The translations under genes and the position numbers were made by a program. The notes beneath the pieces were generated by a model. The model was not told where the DNA came from. It searched no databases and worked only from the letters and a program-made list of their open reading frames with translations. A DNA stretch of 62,952 nucleotides, filler included, from Octopus bimaculoides (Eukaryota), in the NCBI RefSeq assembly GCF_001194135.2. It is 6 parts of 6 records of this genome, joined end to end, with 100 filler letters (N's around TTAATTAATTAA, not from the genome) between each part and the next. Parts side by side here need not be neighbours in the genome. Positions count along the whole stretch, not along the records: positions 18,211 to 34,131 come from NC_068987.1; positions 34,232 to 49,587 come from NC_068985.1; 4 more parts are not named here. One strand, given 5' to 3'. The number at the start of each line of letters is the position of its first letter. Within the stretch, counting starts at the first letter, position 1. Of the stretch, positions 24,357 to 37,503 are shown one piece after another.

Positions 24357-24387
<31 letters not shown>

Positions 24388-24780
24388 TGGTGAAAATAGG
24401 TGACAGCGTTGGCAGTGGACTGTATGTGACAATGGCTGTAGCAGTTCTCATAATAATAGTGGTGGCATTTCTGAAGGGGTGGTGACGGTTGTGATTGGAG
24501 TGGGGATAATTGATAGTGACAGTGGTTGTTATGGTGATGGTGGTGGTGGGGAGAAGGGGGCGGGTCCGCTGGAGATGGCATTTGTGATAATGGCGACAGC
24601 AGTGGTGGTGGTGGTGGTGGTGGTGATGATGGTGGTGGCGGTGGTGATGATGGTGGTAGTGGTGGTGGTGGTGGTGAGAGTGATAGTAATGATGTTAGAC
24701 TATTAGTAGTACTAGTAGTAGTAGTGGTGGTAGTAATGTTGTTGTCTTAGTTGTGGTAGCATTAATAGCGATTGTAATGG
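23890..24780. repeat. Degenerate trinucleotide (GGT/GAT/AGT)n low-complexity tract
   Basis: Visible; frames interrupted by stops; includes a local duplication (GGTCAGTAGTGGTGATGGTGGTGGGTAGT). Confidence 0.85.
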
Positions 24781-25820
24781 AATGAGAACCCCCCACCCCA
24801 CGCCGTTATGGATTCTGTGTAAACATATATATATATATAAAGCAACAGCAGAGATCTGGAGTGTTTGTTTCTTAAAACATTCCACTTTCATTAAAATTCA
24901 TAAAAATTCACAAGTTTTCTTTTTATTATAANNNNNNNNNNNNNNNNNNNNNNNNNNNNNNNNNNNNNNNNNNNNNNNNNNNNNNNNNNNNNNNNNNNNN
25001 NNNNNNNNNNNNNNNNNNNNNNNNNNNNNNNNNNNNNNNNNNNNNNNNNNNNNNNNNNNNNNNNNNNNNNNNNNNNNNNNNNNNNNNNNNNNNNNNNNNN
25101 NNNNNNNNNNNNNNNNNNNNNNNNNNNNNNNNNNNNNNNNNNNNNNNNNNNNNNNNNNNNNNNNNNNNNNNNNNNNNNNNNNNNNNNNNNNNNNNNNNNN
25201 NNNNNNNNNNNNNNNNNNNNNNNNNNNNNNNNNNNNNNNNNNNNNNNNNNNNNNNNNNNNNNNNNNNNNNNNNNNNNNNNNNNNNNNNNNNNNNNNNNNN
25301 NNNNNNNNNNNNNNNNNNNNNNNNNNNNNNNNNNNNNNNNNNNNNNNNNNNNNNNNNNNNNNNNNNNNNNNNNNNNNNNNNNNNNNNNNNNNNNNNNNNN
25401 NNNNNNNNNNNNNNNNNNNNNNNNNNNNNNNNNNNNNNNNNNNNNNNNNNNNNNNNNNNNNNNNNNNNNNNNNNNNNNNNNNNNNNNNNNNNNNNNNNNN
25501 NNNNNNNNNNNNNNNNNNNNNNNNNNNNNNNNNNNNNNNNNNNNNNNNNNNNNNNNNNNNNNNNNNNNNNNNNNNNNNNNNNNNNNNNNNNNNNNNNNNN
25601 NNNNNNNNNNNNNNNNNNNNNNNNNNNNNNNNNNNNNNNNNNNNNNNNNNNNNNNNNNNNNNNNNNNNNNNNNNNNNNNNNNNNNNNNNNNNNNNNNNNN
25701 NNNNNNNNNNNNNNNNNNNNNNNNNNNNNNNNNNNNNNNNNNNNNNNNNNNNNNNNNNNNNCAGAGGAATTTGAACTGAGAAGGTTTTCTGTGTGCCAGC
25801 AATTCTGCTAGCTTGCTGTC

Positions 25821-25856
<36 letters not shown>

Positions 25857-25859
25857 CAG

Positions 25860-26062
25860 AAACGTCAGCACGCCGGGCGAAATGCTTAGCGATATTTCGT
25901 CTGTCTTTATGTTCTGAGTTCAAATTCTGCCAAAGTCGACTTTACCTTTCATCCTTTCAGGGTTGATAAATTAAGTACCAGTTGCATACTGGGATCGATC
26001 TAATCGACTGGCCCCTTTCCTATAATTTCGGGCCTTGTGCCTAGAGTAGAAGAGAATATTTG
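25860..26062 (+). mobile_element. SINE family B
   Basis: GCACGCCGGGCGAAATGCTTAGCG...GAGTTCAAATTC...GGGCCTTGTGCCTAGAGTAGAA. Confidence 0.88.
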
Positions 26063-26169
26063 ACACAAGGCCAGCAGGTACATGTTGCATGTCATATTGG
26101 ATAACGTTCATGTGTGAGAGAGTATTAGTGAGAGATAGAGAGGAGTGAAAAGAATAGAGATGAAGAAAT

Positions 26170-26209
<40 letters not shown>

Positions 26210-26697
26210 AAAAACGGAGGGGAGACAACCAATGATGGAAAATTTATTATTTCTCATTATTAGTCTTAGTTTCCACCTGTTGTGGAATGGCATCGGTGTG
26301 TTTTGTCTTGGAAGTTCTTCACTGCATCTATTAACTTGCAACTATTCGAGAGACACATTAAAGCGAAAAAGTCATGCCATGTCAATCTCAGATCAAACCG
26401 CATCTCAGGGGAACTTAATGAATGGACCACGGACACATCCTCTTTATCCAGACCAAACCAATAAATAAAAGAGAGAGGAAAAAAAAGTAAAATGGTAATC
26501 ATGAAAATGGAATTAGTTATCTGATGAAAGAGTCAATTAATAGAGGAGTAGAAGTAGTGAAGGTAGCAGTTAAGTTAGCCATACTTGCGCCAAGCACACG
26601 GTAAAGTAGTTATTCTTGCTAGGTTGTGGTCACAAATATATACACATATCTATGTGTGTGTACGTATGTATATATATGTATATATATATATATATGC

Positions 26698-26743
<46 letters not shown>

Positions 26744-26796
26744 NNNNNNNNNNNNNNNNNNNNNNNNNNNNNTCTGTAAGTATGTGTATACATATA

Positions 26797-26838
<42 letters not shown>

Positions 26839-26877
26839 TATATATATATATGTGCATATATATATGTTTGTGTATGC

Positions 26878-27030
26878 GTGTGTGTGGTAAGTAGCTTGCT
26901 TACCAAACACATGATTCTGGGTTCATTCCCACTGCATGGCACCTTGGGCAAGTGTCTTCTTCTATAGCCTCGGAACGACCAAAGCCTTGTGAGTGGATTT
27001 GGTGGACAGAAACTGAAAGATGCCTGTCGT
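26878..27030 (+). mobile_element. SINE family A head running into (TA)n and a gap
   Basis: TGTGTGGTAAGTAGCTTGCTTACC...GCACCTTGGGCAAGTGTCTTCT...GAAACTGAAAGATGCCTGTCG. Confidence 0.9.
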
Positions 27031-27465
27031 ATATATATATATATATATATNNNNNNNNNNNNNNNNNNNNNNNNNNNNNNNNNNNNNNNNNNNNNNNNNN
27101 NNNNNNNNNNNNNNNNNNNNNNNNNNNNNNNNNNNNNNNNNNNNNNNNNNNNNNNNNNNNNNNNNNNNNNNNNNNNNNNNNNNNNNNNNNNNNNNNNNNN
27201 NNNNNNNNNNNNNNNNNNNNNNNNNNNNNNNNNNNNNNNNNNNNNNNNNNNNNNNNNNNNNNNNNNNNNNNNNNNNNNNNNNNNNNNNNNNNNNNNNNNN
27301 NNNNNNNNNNNNNNNNNNNNNNNNNNNNNNNNNNNNNNNNNNNNNNNNNNNNNNNNNNNNNNNNNNNNNNNNNNNNNNNNNNNNNNNNNNNNNNNNNNNN
27401 NNNNNNNNNNNNNNNNNNNNNNNNNNNNNNNNNNNNNNNNNNNNNNNNNNNNNNNNNNNNNNNNN

Positions 27466-27499
<34 letters not shown>

Positions 27500-27687
27500 T
27501 GAAGATATGCCATAAAGGAACCCTCTATGGTGAGAAACCCAGGGTAAGTGTATAAACTGGCCTTCACCAGAAATAAATACAGACTGCCTTATCAAAGCCT
27601 GCTTCTTCCCTGGATTTATGTTTTTCTGAATATATATACATGCACACACACACACACACATACATACATACATACATGTATATGTGT

Positions 27688-27842
27688 ATCATCATCATCA
27701 TCATTGCCGGCATGAGTTGGATGGGTTGATATGGAACCGTTCAGGCTCCAATTGTCTGTTTTGGCCTGGTTCCAATTGGCCAGATGTCCTTCCTAATGCC
27801 AACCACTTTGCATAGGTGTCACTTTGCATTTTATGTGACACC
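27688..27842 (-). mobile_element. Retroposon family D 3' fragment
   Basis: (ATC)n followed by GCCGGCATGAGTTGG and GATGTCCTTCCTAATGCCAACCAC. Confidence 0.6.
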
Positions 27843-27890
27843 TATGTGTATATACATCTGTGTGCATGCATGTGTGTGTTTGTGTGTGTG

Positions 27891-27924
<34 letters not shown>

Positions 27925-29118
27925 AGTGTGTATATATATGTATGTGTATATGTGTGTGTACGTATATATGTGTGTGTGTGTGTGTGCATGTGTATATATA
28001 CATATATACATATATATATATATATATGTATATTACACCCACGGATTATGTAAACAAGAATGATGTGGCTTTAGTCTACTGACAAATCACCCTCACCCTT
28101 TTATAACTAACCAGCCAACCAGCCAATGGTGGGGGCTTCTCACCATGCTCACCCTCTCCCACAGTCCCAATCTCCTTCTCTCTCTCTCTCTCTCTCTGTC
28201 TGTCTTATTCCACTGACCCTGACCAACCGACGACCACCTGTGTGCGTGTTTACTGCGAAAATATTTAGCAGCTAGCTTCTCTTTTTAGAAGTTTAGAACA
28301 AGATTAGAAAGGAAAATATAAAACTGAACTGAAGAAATCCTTTCTCCAGATTGGGAAGGAATAANNNNNNNNNNNNNNNNNNNNNNNNNNNNNNNNNNNN
28401 NNNNNNNNNNNNNNNNNNNNNNNNNNNNNNNNNNNNNNNNNNNNNNNNNNNNNNNNNNNNNNNNNNNNNNNNNNNNNNNNNNNNNNNNNNNNNNNNNNNN
28501 NNNNNNNNNNNNNNNNNNNNNNNNNNNNNNNNNNNNNNNNNNNNNNNNNNNNNNNNNNNNNNNNNNNNNNNNNNNNNNNNNNNNNNNNNNNNNNNNNNNN
28601 NNNNNNNNNNNNNNNNNNNNNNNNNNNNNNNNNNNNNNNNNNNNNNNNNNNNNNNNNNNNNNNNNNNNNNNNNNNNNNNNNNNNNNNNNNNNNNNNNNNN
28701 NNNNNNNNNNNNNNNNNNNNNNNNNNNNNNNNNNNNNNNNNNNNNNNNNNNNNNNNNNNNNNNNNNNNNNNNNNNNNNNNNNNNNNNNNNNNNNNNNNNN
28801 NNNNNNNNNNNNNNNNNNNNNNNNNNNNNNNNNNNNNNNNNNNNNNNNNNNNNNNNNNNNNNNNNNNNNNNNNNNNNNNNNNNNNNNNNNNNNNNNNNNN
28901 NNNNNNNNNNNNNNNNNNNNNNNNNNNNNNNNNNNNNNNNNNNNNNNNNNNNNNNNNNNNNNNNNNNNNNNNNNNNNNNNNNNNNNNNNNNNNNNNNNNN
29001 NNNNNNNNNNNNNNNNNNNNNNNNNNNNNNNNNNNNNNNNNNNNNNNNNNNNNNNNNNNNNNNNNNNNNNNNNNNNNNNNNNNNNNNNNNNNNNNNNNNN
29101 NNNNNNNNNNNNNNNNNN

Positions 29119-29502
29119 TCACTTCTTTCAGTCATTTGACTGTGGCCTTGCTGGGGCACCACCTCTAGCCGAACGAATCGACCCCAGGACTTATTCTTTG
29201 TAAACCTAAACCTAGTACTTATTCTATCGGTTCTCTTTTGCTGAACTGCTAAGTTAAGGGGGATGTTAACATACCAATATTCGTTGTCAAGCGATGGTGA
29301 AGGGACAAACACATATGCACAAACTTATATATATATATATATATGATGGGCTTTTTTCAATTTCTGTCTACCAAGTCCACTCACAAGGCTTTGGTTGACC
29401 CGAGGCTGTAGTAGAAGACACTTACCCAAAGTGCCACGCAGTGGTACTGAACTCGGAATTGCGCGGTTGGGAAGCAAGCTTCTTACCCCACAGCCACACC
29501 TG
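29119..29502 (-). mobile_element. SINE family A, full bipartite copy
   Basis: 3' module 29119-29310, (TA)n, head 29345-29502. Confidence 0.88.
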
Positions 29503-29954
29503 TGAAATTTAAGATATACATACAAGTAAGCTTAACACTGGTTTCAAATTTTGGCACAAAGCCAGCAACTTTGAAGGTGTGGGTAAGTCGACACCACAAC
29601 CACTATGATCAACAGTACAAACAGGACTACGGTCAGAACCACTGTGGTCACTATCAACACCAGCATCACAATCATCATCATCGATTTCATCATTGCCAAC
29701 ACTAATGCCACTTTTATCAAATGTGATGACTAACAATAACCATTATCCCCATCTCTGCCAACACCGTTACCATCCCTAACCTCATGACCATGCGTACTAA
29801 CGCACTGACCACAAACACCACGCGAATAACAAGATACTACCATCAAATCTATTAACATCATTGCCATTGTTGCCAACACCACCACCACCACTACCACTAC
29901 CACCACTATCATCAAGTGACATGACCACCAAGACAAATACTACCTCCACTATTT

Positions 29955-30420
29955 CCCCACCCCATACAAAATGAAATGACCACTGAAACAACTACAACCT
30001 CTACTACCATCTGCACCACCATGATCACAAAATGGAATGACCACCACCACCACCACCAATACCACTGCTGCTGCCATGGTCACAAAATGGAATGACCACC
30101 GAGACAATTACCACCTCCTCCACCACCAACACCATTATCATTACACACATCACTTTAGCCATCGCATCAACATCACCACAGCGACCTACATCACCACCAC
30201 CACCACCACCATGATCATGAAATGGAATGACCACTGAGACAACTACCACCTCCACTACCAGCCCCACCACCATGATCACCAAATGGAATGACCACCGAGA
30301 GAACTACTACCTCCACTTCCACTACCACCACGACCATTATCATTACGCACACCACATCCGCTATCTCACCAACATTGCCACAACAACAACTACAACTATC
30401 CATCACCACTACCAACTACA
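29955..30420. repeat. Higher-order minisatellite built on ACCATGATCACAAAATGGAATGACCAC
   Basis: Core motif recurs five times inside ACC-rich sequence; two larger blocks repeat each other (about 195-bp offset). Confidence 0.85.
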
Positions 30421-31093
30421 ACACTAACAACATGCCTTGAACAACCCATTGAGATCAGTTTGCATGCCGTGTAAGTGAAACTTAAGAAATACATAACAAA
30501 ATTAATATTCACCAGTAGATTTCTCTGGTAGATTTCCAAAATTTAAATATTCAATTATTCTTAATTAGAACTTTCGGTGATTAAATTTAAAATTAAAAAA
30601 AAAACAAAATAAATAATAAATAAATAAGTGAAAGAATATAGTAGAAATGAAATTATTTCGCAAATTTATACAAAATCAAATATGTATAAATTTCGAAACA
30701 TTAAATTCTAAATAAAAATATGTTTGGTGTGAATGAAGAGTTACATCTTATTTGTGCAGGGAAACAGAGATGGATGGATGCGTGTGTGTGTGTGTTTGGA
30801 TGGATATGTCACATTATATACACACACAAATGCACATATATATATATATATACACACATGTATGTATGTGTGTATGGACAGACAGACATGGTGATATGTT
30901 AAGAGAGAGAGAATGGAGGAGAAAAAGGTGTGTATATATATGTGTGTGTGTGTGTATATATATATATGTATGTATGTATGTATGTATATGTTATACAGAT
31001 TAATAGAGAGAGGAGAAGAGAAATGATGAAGCTGTATAAGGAAATTTATGTGGATGTATATGAATAAAATGAAGAGAGAGAGATAGAGAAAAG

Positions 31094-31125
<32 letters not shown>

Positions 31126-31126
31126 C

Positions 31127-31170
<44 letters not shown>

Positions 31171-31677
31171 CAAACGGACAGACAGAGAAAGAGAGAGAGA
31201 AGAGAAAAAATGGAGTGATATAATGAGAAAAATGTGAATGTATATGAATATAATGGAGAGAGAGAGAGAGGGGGGGAGGGAGGATGTGAGAATGAAGAGA
31301 GAATGAGAGAGGGAAGAAAGGGTGAGAGGAGAGAGAGTGGGAAGTGTGAGAAGAGAGGAGAGAGAGTGAGAGGAGAAAATGAGAAAAGAGAGGAAGAGAC
31401 AGACAGAGAGTGAAGAAAGAGGGAGGACAGAGAAAGAGGAGAGTGCCTGTGTGTGTGTTTTGCGTGTGTATGTTTGGTGTGTGTGTGTGTGTGTATGTGT
31501 GAGTATATAGAATATCATTTAAAAGATAATTTATTACATTAAGTTAGTCTCAGGATATTTTCACTGAAAATTTGTAGAAAATTTAATTCCGTGTCTACCT
31601 CACTCATACATCATCCCCCCCCAAAAACAGAACAAGACCATATAGCCTTCCTATACACACACACATACATACAACAT

Positions 31678-31756
<79 letters not shown>

Positions 31757-31758
<2 letters not shown>

Positions 31759-32105
31759 AGTACCCCCTGATTGGCTCTCGTGCTGGTGGCACGTAAAGTG
31801 CACCGGCCAAACGTGGCCAATGCCAGTACCCGCTGACTGGCCCCAGTGCCAGTTGCACATAAAAAGCCCTGTCTAAACATAATGGATGGCAGTCCTGCGT
31901 GACTGGCTCTTGTGCCAGTGGTGCGTAAAAAGCACCTACTACATGCTCGGAGTGGTTGGTGTTAGGAAGGGCATCCAGCTGTCGAAACCTTGCCAGATCA
32001 GACTGGAGCCTGGTGCAGCCACTGGCTCTCCAGACCTCAGTCAAACTGTCCAACCCATGCCAGCATGGAAAACGGACCTTAGATGACAATGATGATAATG
32101 ATGAT
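31757..32105 (+). mobile_element. Retroposon family D 3' portion with internal subrepeats and (GAT)n tail
   Basis: GGTTGGTGTTAGGAAGGGCATCCAGCTGT; ends CCCATGCCAGCATGGAAAACGGAC..AGATGACAATGATGAT. Confidence 0.8.
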
Positions 32106-32991
32106 AAATATAAGATCCTGGGAGCATAGAAAGATAGGATATTTCCATTACAACACTCATCCTGAGTTTTAGGCTTTCTACACTGTCAAATTCCAGGCTA
32201 ATATTGAAATTCTTCAGGTGTAGAAAATTGAGGTTTCACAATGGGAAAACCGCTTCATGGGTTTAGTGAAGTGCAAAATATAATCCAAGTAAGAGAACAG
32301 TTTCGATGCACATCTGAAGAAGCGCAATTCTAATGTTCAAAGCTGCAGATATATTCTGTAAATTTTCACTTGGAACTTTTGCGTGAACCACAGTTAAAAG
32401 TAGAGTTGACACAGAAACAATTGTAATTGAATCTTTAAAGACGTGATGGAAGTATTTCTTCACTTTATTTGGATTATATATTGGATTACACACACACACA
32501 TNNNNNNNNNNNNNNNNNNNNNNNNNNNNNNNNNNNNNNNNNNNNNNNNNNNNNNNNNNNNNNNNNNNNNNNNNNNNNNNNNNNNNNNNNNNNNNNNNNN
32601 NNNNNNNNNNNNNNNNNNNNNNNNNNTAAATATATGCATATATACATACATATATGTACATACCTACATATATGTGCATATATACATGCATATATGGGTA
32701 CAGGTCATCAAAAAAACGTAGACACAATGAGAAATGTGAACATAAAAAACAAAAACATAGAAAACAAACTTTTTTTCAAACAACAAAAAACAAAACAACA
32801 GAGAAACGAGACATGCAACATAAAGAACATTCCCTTCATCAGTTGTTCCCTGTTGGTATGTATATATATATATGTATGTACATATGCATATATTTATATA
32901 TTATTTATACTATTATATGATCGAATTCCACGCACCCTTTTCCAAGTGAGTTATATCTATATTTATCTATATATGTAGTAACAAGTGGGAA

Positions 32992-33328
32992 AGACCTTCT
33001 TCAGCCGTCAATGACCATGGGATTGCATCTACAAAGTTCCCCTCCAAGGCACAAGTCCAGCCAAGATTGTTTATGGAAGACCAGCAGTCGCCCACGCATA
33101 CCAGCTTCCACTCTCCATGCCACCAATGTTATCAAAGAGAAAGGCAAACGGGGCCGATACAGCTTGGCACCAGTGACATCGCAACTCATTTCTACAACTG
33201 AGTGAACTGGAGCAACGTGAAATAAAGTGTCTTGCTCAAGAACACAACACGCAGCCCGGTCTGTGAATCGAACTCACAACCTCATGATTATGAGCCCAAT
33301 GTTCTAACCACTGAGCCAAATGCCCCCA
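32992..33328 (-). mobile_element. SINE family C, full length
   Basis: Joins the 5' half seen at 11604 and the 3' half seen at 8992; head TGGCTCAGTGGTTAGAAC and GAGTTCGATTC on the minus strand. Confidence 0.9.
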
Positions 33329-33795
33329 GTCACACACATATACATGGGACGATGCAATCAATTATATAGAGCCTCAAAAATGGGAGGGCCATTGGTGAAA
33401 CACCCATGGTCATAGGTCAGATCTGACATGGTGTGCTATATATTATTTATCCTCAGGTAGGGTGAAGAGTCTGCAGGTGTCGTTTTCTTTTTAAGCTGTC
33501 AATCAAGGAAAATGTTAATTAGCAACACCCCATATCACACTGGCTCCCTTACAAGTTAAAAACCTTAATAGATAATCAGAAAGGAAAAGAAGGATTAACC
33601 AACTTAGGAATTAAAATCTCTTGCTTAATAGATATATATAGAATCTATTTTATCATCATCAACATTTCACACATGATGATAATGAACAAAAAAGAGACTG
33701 AGAGAGAGGGGGGGAGAGGGGGATGGAGAAAGAGAGAATGGAGGGGAACAGGTGAAGCAGTGAGATCACTGAATGATTTATCATATTACTCAGAT

Positions 33796-33833
<38 letters not shown>

Positions 33834-33936
33834 ACATTCACAGAAACGCATATGACAAACAAGGCATACACACACACTTCTATATGTGTGTGTCCATATA
33901 TATGAATGTATATGTGTATATATATATGTATGTAGA

Positions 33937-33983
<47 letters not shown>

Positions 33984-34329
33984 ATATAAATATAAATATA
34001 TATAACTATATATGTATGTATATATAAATATATATATGTATATATATATGTATGTATATATAAATATAAATATATGTATCTATGTATATACATACATGAC
34101 TGTCTCACCCTTGAGGGATCGATACTATATANNNNNNNNNNNNNNNNNNNNNNNNNNNNNNNNNNNNNNNNNNNNTTAATTAATTAANNNNNNNNNNNNN
34201 NNNNNNNNNNNNNNNNNNNNNNNNNNNNNNNAAATACACAGATAAAAGATGATTTTAAGTTTATACTTATTCGTAATCTTCTTCATATCCTGGATTTTAT
34301 AAAAATAGTACAGAGATTAATAATATGTA

Positions 34330-35499
34330 TTATGTTGTCAAGAAAGTTCTTGCGGAATCTGAAATTTTGGTTTTAAATGATGTATTTTCAAATTTGTTTT
34401 CTTTAAATTACTTCTGTTTGAATAATTAGGCCATTTTTGCGGAACGTTGAATACAACATGGACAAAATGGATATTCGCACAATTTTCTTATTCCAGTTCA
34501 AGCTAGGCCGAAAAGCTGCTGAAACAGCTCGCAATATCAAAGATGCGTTTGGCCCAGGAACCACTAATGAACGTACAGCACAATGGTAGTTCAAGGAATC
34601 TCGTAGCGGTGAGGAGAGTTTTGAAGATGATAAGCGTAGTGGTCGGCCATCGGATGTTGACAACAATCAACAAAAATCCTTAGTCGAAACCAATCCACGC
34701 ACAACTGTTCGAGAGCTTGCTTCTGAAGTAGCGTAACGTATACGACAATTTCAAACCACTTGAAAGAGATTGGAAAAACAAAAATACTTGAGAAATGGGT
34801 GCCGTACGAGTTGAATGACAACCAAAAGAAAAAAAAAAGCGTCGTTTTGAAGTGTCGCCTTCCCTTCTTTTATGCAACAAGGACGACACGTTTCAGGCCG
34901 GATTGTGACTTGCGATGAAAAGTGGATTCTTTACGACAACCAGCGGCGCTCAGCTCAGGGATTCGACGCCAACGAAGCTCCAACCAATTCCCGAAGCCAA
35001 AGTTGCACAAAAAGAAGGTNNNNNNNNNNNNNNNNNNNNNNNNNNNNNNNNNNNNNNNNNNNNNNNNNNNNNNNNNNNNNNNNNNNNNNNNNNNNNNNNN
35101 NNNNNNNNNNNNNNNNNNNNNNNNNNNNNNNNNNNNNNGGCCGCACGTCGCACAACTAACTCTGCAGAAGTTGAACGAATTGGGCTAGGAAACTCTGCCT
35201 CATCCGCCATACTCACCAGACCTCTCGCCTACCGACTACCACTTTTTCAACCATCTCGACAACTTCCTGCGTGAGAAATGCTTCAAAAACCAAGACGATG
35301 CCAAACACGCCTTCAACGAATTCATCGCCACCAGAACGCAGGATTTTTACGCTACTGGCATAAAGAAATTTGTTTCGTGTTGGAAAAAGTGTGTTGATTC
35401 TGATGGTGTTTATTTCGATTAATAAAGTTTTGTTTGAGCCGAGATATGTGTATCTGAATTTAAAGGTTAAAAACCACAAGAACTTTCTGAACAACCTAA
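34330..35499 (+). mobile_element. Full-length mariner transposon, cecropia (Hsmar1/SETMAR-like) type, with TIRs and TA TSD
   Basis: Left TA|TTATGTTGTCAAGAAAGTTCTTGCGG; right end reverse complement TA|TTAGGTTGTTCAGAAAGTTCTTGTGG. Both resemble the Hsmar1 TIR TTAGGTTGGTGCAAAAGTAATTGCGG. Confidence 0.92.
34458..35422 (+). pseudogene. Mariner transposase pseudogene (D,D34D type)
   Basis: MDKMDIRTIFLFQFKLGRKAAETARNI...; WVPYEL; IVTCDEKWILYDN; PHPPYSPDLSPTDYHFF; CVDSDGVYFD*. TAG stops where Trp is expected (34587 and before ETLPHPP), frameshifts, second catalytic Asp inside the N-gap. Confidence 0.92.
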
Positions 35500-35989
35500 T
35501 ATTTTTGTCGGTGTTTTCGTTTTAAATATTGTCAGATCGATTTTAACGAGAACAAAATTTAGTGCAAATAACATCGGAAAGAATTCATACCTTTCATGTC
35601 ATCGAGCATAATAGTTTTCACTCATTCATAGGACTTGGTCATTTTTCAGACTATCGGAAATTAAAATTTCAAGACATGAAACGGCATAACACCGCTTAGA
35701 ATTAGAAGTATTCAAGAGATATATTCTCAAATTTGCATTCTTTTTCATCAGATGAAATAGAACAAGACATACGAGAAATTTGTGGCTACAGAATATGATG
35801 CAGTTACTTGTAATGATATTAATCATACTTTAACAATTTCATCTATACTGTAGATGTTAATCGTTCTAAATTTCAAATATACAAATATATGCACAGAGAT
35901 TGAACAATCTCGAGCAATATTAAATCGCTGGCAACATTTGAATAACTGCATTTCAATCAGTGTATCAATACGTATATATATATCAATGA

Positions 35990-36260
35990 GATTAAAAAAT
36001 CCAAAGCTGTGAAGTGGAGAAACGAAAATAGACATGAGATACTGCAAATACAATATCCTTACGCATCTCACGTCTGTTTTAATCCCTCCATATTCTATTT
36101 CATATCTTTTTTATAATACCTATTACTTAAACATTTTTTCGCAGTGTCTCTGATGAAGGGTTATATAAAATATCCCGGAAACAGCTAAAAGACCTTCTCT
36201 TTATAAATGTTCTGAAAACTTTTCACAGCCTTGGATTTTTTTTTATCTCATTCTGTTAAT
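35990..36260 (+). mobile_element. Putative Penelope-like pseudo-LTR with degenerate hammerhead core
   Basis: GTCT-CTGATGA-AGGG...CCCG-GAAAC-AGCT-AAA-AGAC at 36146-36193. AAAAAATCCAAAGCTGTGAA (about 35995) is the inverse of TTCACAGCCTTGGATTTTTT (about 36222). Confidence 0.55.
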
Positions 36261-36469
36261 TTTCTTATATATACACGTGCTAATACACGACCTACGTTAG
36301 ACTCCTCATTCGTATCATTGTCGATGCTGGAGCTTAACCATAGTCTGTCCATAGCACTTACTCAGCATTACTTGACACCTTTGAGTCTTGTTGACTCCAT
36401 TTCCTCTCAAACCCTCTGTATATATATATGTATATATATATATATATATATNNNNNNNNNNATTTTATT

Positions 36470-37380
36470 TTAGAAAGTCATTTTGAAGATGTTTGCAAAA
36501 AAAAACAAGAGTAAGAGAAGAAAACATACCATCTCGACTATGCTGTTGTTTAACAGAGTAGTGAATCAAACAAGAAATTTAAAATCTAATTGGAGGGATA
36601 GTAGTAATTTTCAAATTTAGAGGAAGATAGATTAAGTAATGATGGACAACAGGTTAGGGGTAAATCAAGCATGAGGGGAAAAAAAAGGAAATGGAAGGAC
36701 AATACCCTAAGGAGTGGTAAGAATTTGGAAAAAAATTAAGGTAAGGGAATTAAGGTCAAGGTATTAAAGAAATATATCTATTCTACAGTATAATTAGAAT
36801 AATACAATGAAACACTAAATTACTAAGTTTAAAACTATAGGGAACAATAATAATTAGAACAAGATAAACATATCTAGTTAAAATAAGATGTACATTAATG
36901 TGGGGTAGTATTATTTATGAGTAAAACCATAATATTAATGGCCAAAAGCTGAACAGAAAGAAAGGGGGGAAGAAGGAAGAGGAAAAAAGGGAGACGAATA
37001 AAGTTAGAAAAACAGGACTAAATTAAGAGAATTAAAGCTAAAGTTTTCGAAAAAGTAACAGGTAGAAGAAACTCAGAATTACCTAGAGAAAATGTAGGAA
37101 TACTATCAGTGGGTTGGGAAAGGTTAAAATGTATTCTAAGTTTATATTAAAAGTTATAACTCAAATAAAATAGTTAATTAGTCAGGGAAATGAGAGAAAC
37201 TAAATTAAAAATTAGCAAGATTTACTTTTTAAAAAATATTTAATTTTTAAAATATTTAAAGGTGCGGGAGTAACAATGCACACATAGAACCCTAAGGTCA
37301 GATCTATTGTTAATTAGATTAGGATCATTGTAAATTCTATGTGGTGTTCTCACTACATGAATAAATGGAGATTTACGAAA
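36470..37380 (-). mobile_element. Penelope-like element 3' fragment (GIY-YIG C-terminus plus AT-rich 3' region)
   Basis: Minus strand DPNLINNRSDLRVLCVHCYSRTFKYFKN* is a clear paralogue of the end of the ORF at 41400-41828. Confidence 0.7.
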
Positions 37381-37427
37381 CGTACGTACTGCTATAACCT
37401 ATTGAATTTTTGTTGCTTATCTTCAAA

Positions 37428-37503
<76 letters not shown>

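Noticed and set aside
26270-26322. Minus-strand DAVKNFQD or CSEELPRQNTPMPFHNR as an upstream calpain exon
   Set aside because: Donor GTGGAA is weak and the similarity is too short.
27524-27548. LYGEKP followed by a strong GTAAGT donor, suggesting a C2H2 zinc-finger linker
   Set aside because: No HTGEKP or C-x2-C/H-x3-H spacing; upstream is (TA)n and a gap.
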